Assembly (NCBI RefSeq): GCF_004010195.1
Contig: NC_057719.1
Location: forward strand, 81,333,132-81,397,131
Length of the DNA stretch: 64,000 nucleotides
From: Chiloscyllium plagiosum
Taxonomy: Eukaryota
Reading direction: 5' to 3'
Position 1 is the stretch's first letter. Each line of letters opens with the position of its first letter. A model generated the notes under the pieces. The model did not search any database, was not told the origin of the DNA, and saw nothing but the letters and a program-made list of their open reading frames with translations. The position numbers and the translations under genes are program-made. Shown here one piece after another: positions 25,595 through 39,588 of the stretch.

Positions 25595-26432
25595 GAGTCA
25601 GAGATGTGCAGCATGGAAACTGACCCTTCGGTCCAACTCGTCCATGCTGACCAAATATACTAGATAAATTTAATCCCATTTGCCAACATTTGGTCCATAT
25701 CCTTCTAAACCCTTCCTAATCATATATCCATCCAGGTGCCTTTTAAATATTGTAATTGTACCAGCCTCCACCAGAGAGTCATAGAGATGTACAGCATGGA
25801 AACAGACCCTTCAGTCCAACCCATCCATGCCAACCAGATATTCCAACCCAATCTAGTCCCACCTTCCAGCACCTGGTCCATATCCCTCCAAACCCTTCCT
25901 ATTCATAAACCCATCCAAATGCCTCTTAAATGTTGCAACCACTTCCTCTGGCAGCTCGTTCCATATAAGCACTATCCTGTGTGAAAAGGTTGCCTGTTAG
26001 GTCTCTTTTAAATCTTTCCCTTCTCACCTTAAACCTATGTCCTCTAGTTTTGGACTCCCCAACCCAAAGGGAAAAGACCATGTCTATTTAACCTATCCAT
26101 GCCCCTCATGATTTCATAAACCTCTATAAGGTCAGCCCTCAACGTCCGATTTTCCAGGGAAAACAGCCTCAGCCTATTCAGCTTCTCCCTATAGCTCAAA
26201 CCCTCTAATCCCGGCAACATTCTTGTAAATCCTTTCTGAACCATCTCAAGTTTCACAACATCCTTCCTTTAGCAGAGACACCAGAATTATACACAGTATT
26301 CCGAAAGTGGCCAAACCAATTTCTTGTACAGCCCCACCATGACCTCCAAACTCCTATATTCAAAGCACTGACCAATAAAGGTAAGTATACCAAAGCCTTC
26401 TTCACTATCCTATCTACCTGTGACTCCACTCA
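25595..26432 (-). mobile_element. CR1 3' fragment containing a second CR1 tail (25774-25937)
   Basis: ORF 26044..26256; the 3' terminus agagtca(t)agagatg occurs twice. Confidence 0.85.
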
Positions 26433-26689
26433 TCTTAGTATCATTGACAAATTAGCTACCATACACGCGGTTCCTTCATTCAGCTTATTGATATAGGATG
26501 TATAGAGATCAGGCTCCAACACCAAGTCAATGTGAAACTCCATTATTTCAAGCTGGGTTCGTCAGCTCAAAATTGCAGCATTTATTCTTTGCTCTTTTTT
26601 GTTTTCAGTAATATTTTAAACTTTGCAGTGCCTGGTGTTATCCAAGTATCCAAGGACAATTCAAAGATTGCAATTAAACCCACATAATA

Positions 26690-28700
26690 ACTTAGGATGC
26701 AGGACAGGGACAAGTAACCTTGCAGGGGCGTTTGATAGTACACTGGCAAAATATTTTAAACTGGAGTAGTTGGGGATGGGAATTGAAGGGGGATATGAGA
26801 GGGAGGGAAATAAAGGAGATGAAAACTAGAAAACTGGAGAGCAAAAGTGAAAAGCAGAAGAAACACGGGCTAGCAATAAAGGGGGTCAAAGTACAAAAAA
26901 TGTATAACCTGTCTAAAAGATACCATAATTGAATGCATGGAGCATTCACAATAACGTAGATGAATTACATCAAATTGTTGCAATCACATCATACCTTTGT
27001 TCAATTATGGAGACATGGCTGGGAGTGACCAAGACTGAGAACTGAACATCCAATTGTATTTAACAGTCAAAACAGAGGAGGTGGGAGTGTGTTGTTAATG
27101 AAAGATGATAATTGTGCAATAGGGAAAAATGATAATGGCAGAGGAATTCTCGATGTTGAATCAATCTGGATTGAGCTAAGAAGCAGCAAGAGGAGGAAAA
27201 CAATAGTGATACTTGTCCATAGATCTCCGAACAGTAGGGGCAAAGTAGGGAATGGCATTAAACAGGAAATTAGACCAGCATGGATGCTGTAGTAATCTTG
27301 GGTGATTTTAGATTACCTAGAGACTGGGCAAAGCACATTTCAATGATACTTTGGGAGGATGAATTCCTGAGAGTAAACAAAACGAATTTTCAAACCAGTT
27401 CACCACCACCTTCTCAAAAGCAACCAGGGACAGGCAAAATGCAAGCTAGATAGCAATATCCATGCCCTATGGAGTGAATAAAAGAAGTTTGTTGAGGAAC
27501 CAATTTGACAGCCAGTGATCCAATATTTGGTTTTTGTGCTATGAGAGGAGGTTAATTAATAATCTCATTGTGAGTGGTCCTTTTAGAAAAAAATGACCAT
27601 CTCCTCATATAAATTCTGCATTGCAGAATCTGAAGTGATCCGATTTAAAACAAAGGTCTTAAATCTAAACAAAAACTACAACTGCTAGCTGGCTGCGACA
27701 TACTGTGTAACTTTACTAAGGTATGACAGTGGACAGGCAAAGGTTAATATTAAAAGTAGTGAATGCAAGCATTGTCGCAGTAATATATTCCTTTCAGGTT
27801 AAAGAACAAGAAAGGTGGCCCAACCATGGTTAAGAAAATAAATTAAGGATAGCATTAAATCCAAAGTGGTGTTTATAAAGTTGCTCAACAAAGTAGCAAG
27901 CCTGAAGACTGGGAGCAATTTAGAATTCAGTAAAGGAGTATGAAGACGTAGATTAAGAGGGGAAAAAAAAGTGGACAAGTGTAAGCTTGCAACAAACATA
28001 AAAATGGGCTCTCCCAGAAGCTTCTACAGGTCTGCAAAAGGATTAGTGAAGACAAATATAAGCCCCATACAATCTAAAACAAAAAAAAGACAATAGAGAA
28101 CAAGGAAATTGCGAGCAATTAAATAATTACTTTTTTTCTGTTTTCAACAAACATGCCAGAAATGTTCGGGTAGCAAGGCTTTTCAGGAAGGAGAAATTGA
28201 AGAAAATTTGAATTTGTTAACAAAAAGCACAAGAGAAATTAATGGGAGTGCAAACTGATAGATATCCCCAGAGTCTGATAACCCACATCCCAGGATATTA
28301 AAGGAGATAGCCACAGAAATAATAGGTGCAATTATGGCTGTCATCTTCCAAAATTCTGCCAGTTCTGGAATTCTCTAACACGCAGGTTTTGGATGCAAAG
28401 TCACTGAATATATTTAAGAAATAAATGGATAGATTTCTAAAAGCTAAAAGATATTGAGCTACACTCCCTCTAAGCGGTATGTGCATGCAGTTTCTTCAAT
28501 GTTCCACACATACTGATTTCTGGCCCTAGAAGTCGTGTCACACACAGGCCTCAGGGGTCTGCAGTCAGTAAGAAAATTAGAGGAAAATTGATGTTGAGGG
28601 ATATGGTAGGGAGCGTAGGAGTTTGGCAATAAGATAGATGATCAGCAATGGTTATGCTGAATAGCAGAGAGGACTTGATGGGCTTCTATTTTCTGTTTCT
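26690..28700 (+). mobile_element. Decayed CR1 ORF2 (endonuclease region) and tail
   Basis: ETWL, VESIWIELR, HRSPNS and GDF remnants. Confidence 0.75.
28459..28590. mobile_element. Putative hAT-type MITE inserted in a CR1 tail
   Basis: 8-bp TSD atattgag/atgttgag; degenerate TIRs ..cctctaa / ttagagg.. Confidence 0.45.
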
Positions 28701-29289
28701 ATCCCACCTGGACCAGATAACCTTTCAAATTAATAATCCCCTCAATCTATTTTTAATTCTCTCCAATATTCACATTATCACATCTTTCATTAATCAAGTC
28801 AGATGCAAAATACTAATTTAGTAACTCGTCCATACCCTCTGCCTCAAGTGCAACCCCTTTACCAGTGCCTAATCAGCCCCACCTGTCTCATTTAATTGTA
28901 AATTCCTTTTGGGTTCCTTTTCATGTTAGCTTTTGATCTATTTTCATGCTCACACTTTACCCTTCTTACATTTTTAAATTTTCTCTATTGTGTGTTTAAT
29001 TTGGTTTTTAACTTATACTGTCTTACACTTACTACCTACCTTTTTTATTTAATTTTAATCACTATCTTTAGTCATCCAGGCAGGTCTGTGTGTGTGTCAG
29101 TCCTGTACCCAAACCATTTCCTCTTCAAAGCAATCTGTTATTCACAACTGTTCTGATTACCAATTTCTGTTTTCAATCCACACGGATCAGATCTCTTTAC
29201 AGCTCACTGACTTTAACCCTCAAGTATTTGGTTTGTTCCTGGTCCTTTTCCAGAACCACATTAATGATAGTATTATCACTGTTCATAAA

Positions 29290-29640
29290 ATGTGAGATGA
29301 AAATTCATCCCAGAGCCTTGAACACAGGATTAGGGCAGACAATGGTGTATCAGGAGTGTTGCCTTGTCAGACTGACTGTATTTTGGACATAGATGTTACA
29401 CTGAAGTCCCATCTACTGTCTCAGGTGGATATACTATGTTACTATTAGATGCATCTTCGTCAACATATATCCTAATACTGCCAAAATATTGTTTCATATT
29501 TTACCACTGTTTGGGATACTCTACCATGTGTAAATAGTCTAATTTTGTTTGACTACATTACCACAGTGATTACATTTCAAGTGCTTCACTGGCATGCCAA
29601 GTTATTTAAGATGTGAAAGGTCCTTCGCTATTTTAAAAAA
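29290..29640 (+). mobile_element. Decayed Deu-SINE-like element
   Basis: ..ttttggacatagatgttacactgaagtcccatct..caggtggatata.. resembles remnants at 60620-60755 and 41570-41790. Confidence 0.4.
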
Positions 29641-29985
29641 GAAAATAGCCCAGCACAATTCTTAAAAGATACTTGGGGATAAGAAAAGATGTTGAGATTA
29701 AAGCAAATCAACTTACTGAGGTGACAAAGCAGCTTAAAAATGATGGATTTTGGAGAAACAGGAGATGGAAGTAAATGTGAAATGTCACAGCATGCATACA
29801 GGATACAGGTCCTGGCCACTAACAGTGAGGCAAAATATGAAGGATGCTTAAAAGGCAGAGTGAGCATTTCAAAGTGAGGTTACAAACAGATGAGATAATG
29901 GAGGATCATGTTCAAATTTTGAGGTTTTGGGATATCATGAACCCACATAAGATAGGAGTGCAGGGGTGATGGGTAAATAGCATCT

Positions 29986-31212
29986 ACAGACACCATTCAC
30001 TTCGTGACTCCCTCATTAGGTCCACAGCCCCCACCAACCCACCTTTCATTCTGCAAGAGGTGTAAAACTTGCGCCAACACCTCCCCCCTTCACCTCCGTC
30101 CAAGGCCCCAAAAGATCTTTCCACATCTGACAAAAATTTACCTGTACTTGCACAAATATCATCTACATCGTACCCGATGTGGTCTCCTCTACACCGGGGA
30201 GATAGGACGTCAACTTGCAGATCATTTCAGAGAACACCTCGGACACCCACACCAACCAACCCCACTGTCCCACGGCTGAACATTTCAATTCCCCGTCCCA
30301 CTCCATTAAGGACATGTAGGTTCAAGGCCTCCTCCATCGCCAAATCCTAGTCACCAGACACCTAGAGGAAGAATGCCTCATCTTCCACTTTGGGACCCTG
30401 CAACCACAGAGGATTAATGTGGATTTCACCAGTTTCTTCATTTCCCCTCCCCCCACATCATCCTAGTCCCAAGCCTCCAACTTGGCACCACCCTCTTGAC
30501 CAGTCCATCGCCTTTCCCGTCTATCTGCTCCACCTTCCTCGCCGACCTATGAACTTCTCCCCACCTTCATTTGCCTATCGCATTCTCAGCTACCTTCCCC
30601 CCAGCCCCTCCCATTTATCTCTCAGACCCCTTGGCCCACAAGCCTCATTCCTGATGAAGGGCGTATGTCCGAAACATAGACTCTCCTGCTCCTTGGATGC
30701 TGCCTGACGCTGTGCTTTTCCAGCAACACACTCTCGACTCTGATCTCCAGCAGCTGTAGTCCTCACTTTCTCCTAGTTTTGGGCATAAGCCCTTCACATC
30801 AGGATGTGGTGGTGGTGGGAGGGCATGGGAAGAGCAGGGAGCTGATAGATAAATCAGAGGGGGGAATGGGGCTAGAGATGGTAGCTTGGAAAACAAAGGT
30901 AGATGCAGGTGGGGCTGATGGTGAAAGGTCGGAGAAGAGGATGGAGCAGATAGATAAGGTAAGGGGTGGTTAGAATTTGGCAGTGGAGGTGGCCCAGGAC
31001 TACCATGTCCACGGTGGAGGGGGAGTTGAAGTGGTTGGCCACAGGGTGGTGGGATTTTTTGGTTTGTGCATTCCAGAGATGTTCTCAAAAACATTCTGCG
31101 ATTTGGAGTCCTGTCTCCCCAGTGTAAAGGAGAGCACATTGAGAGCAACAAACACAGATGAGGTGTTTGGATGTGCAGAAACTGTTGTGCTTCTTCAGCA
31201 CCACACTTTGAC
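29986..31212 (+). mobile_element. Neptune-type PLE (family B) 3' part: Zn-finger + GIY-YIG + pLTR (29986-30773), followed by an inverted related copy (30776-31212)
   Basis: CKRCKTC zinc knuckle preceding RCGLLYTGEIGRQLADHFREH; hammerhead motif at 30651-30678 (CTGATGA-A-GGGC-gtat-GTCC-GAAAC-ATA). Confidence 0.85.
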
Positions 31213-31809
31213 AAGTAGGACTTGATGCATATTAACAGAAACACATGAGAGCTTTGGTTAAACAAGGTGGGTTATAGAAGGTGGGTTATATGCACACATC
31301 CATGAATGCATTGAAAATTGAATTTACAAGTCACATATGTGACAGTAGGTTTCAATGATGGGCGAGCTCAGTAGAGCTGGAAATACAAGAAGTTAGAGGT
31401 GAAATTATAAAATAATTACCCTAGGGAGGATACAAAATTAGAGATTCAATCAGGGTTAAACAGGACATCAAGATTGTTAAAAATCCTTCTCAGAAAACAG
31501 ATGGACTTATTAACTAAAAGGTTTAAACTCTATGAAAAGATTTGAGAACAATGAGCTTTATCTTCCCAATAGATACATGGAAGAAATTATAGCTCATTGG
31601 AAAATAAAAGTTTGGAAAAAAAAAGTCTGACACCAGGCAGCAGTAGAGGAGTTAAGAGAACTGGTAGAGAGACACTGTTGGGAGTCATCAGCTAAATCCA
31701 TGTCTATATGTGCTAAAGGGCATTATGAAGACAAGGGAGGGGAGGGGGAACCAATCATTAGCCTCACACAAAAAGGTAGCTGACTTTACTTTCTAAATAA
31801 ACAACAAAA

Positions 31810-32360
31810 CATAGGAAATAGGGGAAGTTGGCCATTCACCCCTCGAAACTGTTCCACCATTCATTATGATCATGGCTGATCTTCTAACTCAATGGCATGT
31901 TTTTGTTTTTCCCAGAAATCTTTTGATCCCTTTAGTCCCAAGTGCTATCTCCAGCTCCTTCTTGAAAACGTAGAAGGTTTTGGTCTTGCTTTCTCTGGTA
32001 GAGAATTCCACAGGCTCACTATTCTCTGGGTGAAGCAATTTCTCCTCTGTATACACTGTATCCTTAGACTATGGCCCTGGTTCTGGACTGCCCCACCCCA
32101 CGATCAGGATTCATCCTTCCTGCAATTACCCGGTCTAGACCTGTTAAATAATTTATAGGCTTCTGTGATATCTCCTCTTCATTCTTTTGAACCCAAGCAA
32201 AGATAATCCTGATTCAACCTCTCCTCATAAGTCAGTCCCACCATCCTAGGAAGAGTCTAGTAAACCTTTGCCACACACACACACACACACACAGTATAGC
32301 AAGAGCACCGGTTAGCAGATAAAAAGACCAAAACAGTACAGAATATTCTAGATGTGCTTT
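31810..32360 (-). mobile_element. Decayed CR1 3' fragment containing an (AC)n microsatellite (~32273-32292)
   Basis: Typical CR1 tail on the minus strand. Confidence 0.65.
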
Positions 32361-34669
32361 TACAGTGTATGCAGAATGGTGGCCTCTTTCCGAAATGCAT
32401 AACTGGCAATCTCATTCATAAAAATTAGCAGGGTGTTTAAATTACAAACAAAACACAGAAGTTTTGCAAATATTTAAAATTAAGTTTCTGATTGCTTCAC
32501 GGATGTGTTACCAGGAGATGACAATCTTTGTGCAAATGCAATAGCATAAATGGAGGCTTCCAAACAAAAACTTATACTATACATGATTTAAACAAAATAG
32601 AATTTTCATTTTGTTTAAACTTTTCTTAAACTAGCATTTGTGCAATTCTTTCAGAAACTAAAAGAAATTTAAGGAAATGTCTAACTTGATCTATAGCAGT
32701 AATATTTCAAAAGATTTTGCCTGTTTGAATTCATTCATGAGATGTGGGGATCACGAAGGAGACCAACATTTACTGCCAAATTCTAATGCCCTTGAGTAGA
32801 TTGGGATGAGCCATCATATTCAACCGCTGCAGTCTGTGCGGTGTAGGTACACCTGTATGCTGTTAAGGAAAGAGTGCCAAGATTTTGGTACAGTGACAAT
32901 AAAGAAACAGCAACAATTCCAGTCAGGATCTTGAGAGACTTGGGAAGTGTTGCCCTGAGTTTACTACACACGTCCTTTTGGTGCTACAGGTTGCAGATTT
33001 GAAGACGCTTCAAGGAGTTGCTCTAGTCCACCTTTTAATGGTACACATTTCAGCCACAATGCATCAAGTGGAAAGTATACATTTCACCTGGTGGATGAGG
33101 TGGGCAATCGATCACAATATTATCAAAAATTATGTTCAAAATATCATATCCACCCCTGTTCTCAAAACCATGGATCGGGAGTTGATGTCCCAAGGTTGTT
33201 AGTCTTCAATTGTTCTATTAACTTTAGTCAGCTGACTTTTGTCAAGTGAAATAACAAGTTCTAATTAGGGGAGAACATCAAAATCTCAACAAGCAGCTAA
33301 CAATATACCATATTTTGACTGAGGATGATTTAGTGAATGGAGAATATGAAAAGGCCTATTATTCTCAGAATATGCCTACATGAAAGACATACACAAAACT
33401 TAGCGTTGGAAAAGTGTCATTCATGGACATGGTAGGATTTGAAGTGACAAATTAGTTCTGCTAACCAGATCACCCTGAAATGTAAAACAATGCCTCAAAT
33501 ACTTTAGCTAAAAATGGCAAGATATTCTGTAGCTGCAGAATTTTATTTATTGTCACTGCACAACTTCACAAATGCTCCAAAGAAAAGTATGCTCAATTAC
33601 TAAGTCAGTTGGTATATTTGCATCAATTCAAGAATAAGCTTCAGGGATTAGAAGGTCCCACCATTAGAAGTACTGAAAGACTGGAAATTATAGTGGTATA
33701 ACAAGTAGAAATGAAGTGATTCAAAAATGTTGCCAATGTAATTTGTAGGCTTTTTAAAAGAAATGTAAGAAACATGATTGATGTATAAATGTGCAAGTAC
33801 AAGCATTTTTGACTCATGGGCTTACATTCTGTACCTGCAAGATTTTCTAAATTGCTGATAGATTCTGGCATTAGCATGAAATTGCCATATGTACAAATTA
33901 AGTCACTAACCTCCTTTAATGAGCTTCAGAAACACATTGCAACCACCTACGCAAGATCCTCAGCAAAATAAAAATTAATTCATCAGAAAAAGGTGAATTC
34001 TGAAATGTCAGCAAATTAGCCACCAACACAGTGAAGAATGGCAGCCTACAGGATGCAAATAGAAATACATTAAAATACAGTATGCAGTTTGTCTCCTCCT
34101 CCCCCAATCTTCCAAAGGTATTTCCTCTAGTATTATTCCCACAGAGATGAAAATGTGCTGAGGCTTTGGTGCTTTGAAGGGATGAAAACATAGTCCACAT
34201 TCCTATGATTCTGTTGCTACAAATAGCAGCATACTTAATCAGTGAATTCGGGGCCATAAAGGTTAGAAATGTCTCAAACGTATCCTTAATCTATGCTGAA
34301 CGATCTGATCTCAGTCTGGGAGGCACTCGTGATTCTGCAATTGGTTCAAGTGCCCACAGGCTAGGGGGCTGAAGTCCCTCATTGTTCCCATTCATAACAG
34401 TTATCCACTGATCCATCCTAGAGATAGCATGCGTGTACGATATCAGACATTACGCTAATTAGCCCAAAAATGAAATCTGATTACTTTCACTGCCTAAACA
34501 TGCACACAGAAATGGCTATTTGGGGGAAGAAACACATCAGAAGCCTTTCCTTCACCTGAGTCCATGCCCTCAACGCATGGGTAGATGGGGTGAAACACAG
34601 GTATAACTAGCAACTACAGACCAGTCATTTAAGTTCAAAGAGGAAACTTTGTTACTTGGGATAAAGTTA

Positions 34670-35350
34670 ATCATCACATGGGTTAATTTGGAAGAGTCAA
34701 CGTGGATTTGTAAGGAAAGATTATGTCCAACTTGCTGGAGTTTTTTGAAGACCGAACAGAAGGGTCAATGCAGGCATGGCTGTTGATGTCATGAACGTGG
34801 ACATCAAAAAGATGTTCAATGATATCACATGACAGACTTGAGGGAAATTATAGGATGTGAAATAAAAGGGACAGAAGTAATGTGGTATGAAAGAACAGAG
34901 AGTAATGCTTAATTTTCAGTATTGAATAATTTTTGTAGTAGAATTCACCAGGTCCCCATTGGGGCCTTTTCACGACCTCATAACTACCAAGGAATTTGAT
35001 GGAGGTTTTCAAAATCATGAGATATCTGGCCAGAGTAGATGAAAAGAAACCATTCTTGTTCTTAAGAGGATTGAGAATTAGAGGACACAGTTTTTAAGAG
35101 TTTTGCAAAAGAAGAAAATACACCGTTAGTAACCAAAGTCATTTTCATACTTAACAGTTAAGGTCTGGAATGCACTGCTGGAAGTGTAGTGGAGGCAAGT
35201 TCAATAAAGGCATTAAAGTGGGCATTGGGTGATTATTTAAATATATACGGTAAAGGGTTATGAGGAGAAAACAGTTAAAATGCTTGGAGAGCTGGTAGCG
35301 ACTCAATGGACAGAATGGCCTCTTTCTGCACTGTAACCATTCTGAGATTC
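34670..35350 (+). mobile_element. Decayed CR1 RT/tail remnants
   Basis: SQRGFV..LLEFFED..AVDV remnants; CR1 tail. Confidence 0.6.
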
Positions 35351-37002
35351 TGATTTGTGGTTGAATTTGTAACCCCTCTTTACTGTGATGAGGTTTTCCT
35401 GTTAGTGGTACTATATATTGGCTTTTCTTGAGACTGAAAATAGAAGTTTAGGATCCTTCTTAAAAACAACTACATGTGTTTCTTATAGCTTTTGTGACCT
35501 ACCCTCCATAGGGAGCCACAACAATTGCTCCAATATTAATTCTTTCCCAAGTTAGAGGAGTTCTGAAACATATACTTTCCAAGAATTCAAGGGTATGCAA
35601 TCATATTTGCATAAATCATACTTTCTAGGCTTCCTAAAGAGTCTGATGGCCCATGAAATAATTGCTGAAGTACAATCGTTACCAATAAAAATTAATTCAG
35701 ACATACTGGATTCCTCCAAAATACGGTGAAGTACCTGACTAGTTTGCTGTGGGAGGATGGACCAGAATACTGAGAGACCCTGCTGATACTTGATTGGTTC
35801 CATGCGATCTTTTACATCCCCCAAAGCTGTAAGAAGGGACCTCAGTTTACCATCTCAATTTTGAGATGGCACTTAAAAAGCGTTTCTTAGATTGGATTGA
35901 CCCTGAATTACGTGATCAGCATTTTAATTTGATTAGTGAAATTGAATTAAATTGTATTCATTTTTAATAGATATGCTGCAGGAATCATACAATTTTGGAA
36001 TTAATTTGATCTCTTAAGTGCTGTTGAAAGCAGTAAACTTTACAATGCAATGTTAAACTTCTCATTTTCAATATATCAATTTGAAGACGGTTGTCCAATT
36101 TAAACATCTGCCTGTTAGTTTGGATATATGTGTGATGCTCTTGAGGTGAACATAAACAGCCTTGATGACGACATGGATGTAGACAGAAGCTCTGCTGACA
36201 ATCCGGTTCAGTCTCAGGCAGTTAACAAGTACACTGATGAAGCTGGTAGCTCGGATATGGATTTTGTGGGAGGTCCTATGGCAATAATTAATTGGAACAA
36301 AATTCTGCTTAACCAATGGCAGATTCCCTGTAAGTAATTGATAATTTAGCAATCACAAATGAGAGGTGGTTATGAGATGGAACTGCAGGGCTTTCAACAA
36401 ACATATAAAAGTTAATTTTGTGTTTTGGATACTGCTGAGGGGGATCGTGTAGTTGAGAAACAAGTGGGGCAAAGTTACATTTTTGGACATTAGCACAGGC
36501 ATGACCAGGAAGAGAAGTCTTTGTGGATGATTCTCTGGCTACTTTTGGATAAAAATGGAACAAAGCAAGTGCAGTCTCCTCCATAGTGGGTCAACCATTC
36601 CCAGAGAGAAGTACGAGGCTTGAAAAAAAGAGAGAACTATTAACAATTTAACATTCATTAACCATTTAACAGCGTGGTGTGGTGGCTCAGTGGTTAACAA
36701 TGCTGCCAGTTTTTGTTTAGTTTCATTGAGTCTTCAATATTTTACTTCTATTAAGGAAATAGACTGAATTACACGTGTAAGAAATAGGTTTGCCAACTTC
36801 CTGGACGTTTCCTGGAATGTCCGTGAATTTAAGATTAATCACAGGATTCTACTGCAAGCACTTTTGTTCATAATATTTTGAAAACTGTCAGATGAAAAGA
36901 AGGTTGACAAGTCAAGAGTCCAATCATCAGGAAATAGGTAGAACTTGTGCAGTCCCAGAGAAGCATCAGGAACATACAAGTTTCAATGCTGTCATATTTG
37001 AT

Positions 37003-38460
37003 TGCCTCCCATCTGTGTTTTCTCATTCATTTGGGCATCGCTGGCTGACTAGCATATGTTGCCCATCCCCAGGTGCCAGAGAAGATTATAGTGACATACC
37101 TTTTTGAATTGCTGCTGTCTATGTGCTGTAGCTAGACTCATTATGCGGCTCAGGATGGAATTCCAGTATTTTGACCCACTGTTACTGAAGGAACAGTGAT
37201 ATATTTCCATCAGGAAGGTTAGTGGCTTGGAAGAAGTTGTATTCCCATGTGTCTGCTGCCCTTGTACTTCCAAATGAACTGGCTGTGCGTTGAAAAGTGC
37301 AGTCTAAAGATCTTGGGTGAATTCCTGCAGTGCATCTTGTAGATAGGACATATTGTTGTTATTGAGTGTCAGTGGTTGAGGGAGTGGCTGCTTGTGGATG
37401 CAGTGTTAATCAAACCGGCTGCTTTGTTCTGGATGTTGCCAAGCTGGAGTATTTTCAGAGCTGCACTCATCCAGGTCACCTTCGGTCGCCTGGATTTGGG
37501 ATAGCAGCAGTAGCTGTTGCTGCCACTGGGTGGTACTGACCCTCCTGTTGCTGCCAATTGATCTTGAAGGAGCCAGAGGTCCCACTGTCTCCAGCAGTGA
37601 ATCAATTTACATCAGGCTTCACATCACCTAGTTCACCCACAAGTTGTTCCACAGCAGTAGACAACGGCCGACAGTGTCTTCTTGAACCTGGCCAGTAAGA
37701 TGTTGCAGCACTCCCAACAAGATGCCACAATCTCCACAAAGTGCCCGGCCATCATTTCCCCCATCAACAGCTGCCACCAGACTCTGCCGTCGTCTCACCT
37801 TCCTGCCTTGGGAAGAGCCTTCTAGCAGATCGGCCAAATTCATTTCACTGGTTTCTGGTGTGGACCTGACCTTTTGTAGCTATTGTATTTGTATGGCGAG
37901 TTCAGTTCAGTTTCTGATTAATGGGAACTACCAGGATGTGGACAGTGGGAGATTCAATGATGATAACAATTTTACGCTCAGGTGCAGTGGCTAGATTGCA
38001 TCTTGTTGGAGATGGTCATTGCCTGGCATATGTGTGGCATAAATGTTACTAGCCACTTCTGAGCTCAAGCCTGGATATTGCCCTCATCTTGCTACATTTA
38101 GACAGGACTGCTTCAAAATCGGAGGAATAACAATTTTTACTGAACATTGATGACTGCATAATGAATATCCCCACTTTTGACCTGATGAAGGGAAGAGCAT
38201 TGATGAAGCAGTTAAAAATGATTGGGCCTTGGACACTATTGAGGATCTTCTGCAGATGCGTCCTGGAGTTGAGACAACTGACTTCTACAACCTCAAGCAT
38301 CATCCTAGGTGTCAAATATGACTCCAATGGAGAATTTACCCCGATCCCCATTGATTCCAATTTTGCTCACAGCTCCTTAATACCACATTCTATCAAATGT
38401 AGCCTCGATGTCAAGAGCTGTCACTCTCCTCTCTCACTCTTTTATCTGGAGATGGACTCC
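37003..38460 (-). mobile_element. Decayed CR1/L2-group LINE fragments
   Basis: Reverse-complement similarity to 9463-10958; ORF 38049..38360 (SVQGPIIFNCFINALP). Confidence 0.65.
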
Positions 38461-38724
38461 CAATGATAACTGCTATACATCTAACATTGCAAGATAGTCA
38501 ATGAGAGTAGTTAATATTATGCTCTCAAGTGTTGGTCTGATGACCATATCAGAAGGTCTTTGCAGAACAATCTGAAGATGGGTCAATGGTGCCCTGCAAA
38601 GTATGGGTGCTGACAATGTGGCTAACCAGAAATCTGACTCTTACTGCCTGCCAGAGATGCTTGTTAAAAGGATTTGCAGATCATTACAGGACTACTTCTG
38701 CTCCCATTTTGTAAGTTCACATGT

Positions 38725-39415
38725 AATTAGAAATGTAGCTATTTGGTCCCTCAAGCCTTCCCCAATCAATAAGATCATGGCTTACCTGTTTCTGTTTTGA
38801 ATTCCACATTCCCATCTATCCCTGCTAACCTTCTGAGAATACAGAATCTAATTACTGTTGCTTTCAAAACATCAAGGAACCCCCACCCCCACCCCAACCA
38901 AATCTCAACTGTTCAGAAGCAAAATGTTAAAGTGGCACAACCAGAGAAGAATCCTTCTCTCCTCAGACCTAAAAGGGCAAGCCCTAATTTTTAAACAATA
39001 TTCAATAGTTCAAAATTTACTTACTAGAGGAAATATTCTTTCCAAATCCACTTTGTCAAGGCCATTCAAGATCTTAAACTTTAATCAAGTGACTCCTCAT
39101 TCTTCAGTACTCCAGTGTAAAAACTTGTAATCTGTCCAACGTATTCTCCCAAGACATCTGCTAATTCTAGGTATCAATGTAGTAAACTACCTCCTCCTCC
39201 GAATCACCTCCAACTTAATTACATCCTTCCTTAAATAAAGAGACCAAAACACCACACGATATTAAAAATGTGGCCTCGTCAATTCTCTGTTTAACTGAAG
39301 CATAATATAATTGTTTAAATTCCTCTCATACTAAAGGACAGCATTCCATTTGTCTTTTTGATTACCTACCATTCTTTCATACTAATGATTTCATGACTCA
39401 TGAATAAGAACACCG
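38725..39415 (-). mobile_element. Decayed CR1 3' fragment
   Basis: CR1 tail and RPHF.YRVWFWS remnant on the minus strand. Confidence 0.55.
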
Positions 39416-39588
39416 AAAGGTCTTATTGTCTTTTTCATTTTCTGTATTTGCGGACTGAACTAGGAAAATAATGTGCTTTGAAAGAAAGTAACCTGACACA
39501 TTATAAACACACTTACACAGCTGGTTCCAGCACTAGTTGAAGTCTAGATCACAGACAAATTGATGCCCAAGCCAAGCTAATTCTGACA

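Noticed and set aside
33916..34257. 113-aa minus-strand ORF
   Set aside because: No homology or coding-like features recognised.
35552..35824. Protein-like 90-aa ORF with splice-like signals
   Set aside because: Its 5' part (gatgtaaaagatcgcatgg) matches the decayed Deu-SINE-like repeat also seen at ~60708-60725.
36785..36860. taggtttgccaac hAT-like terminal sequence
   Set aside because: No matching opposite terminus or TSD found.
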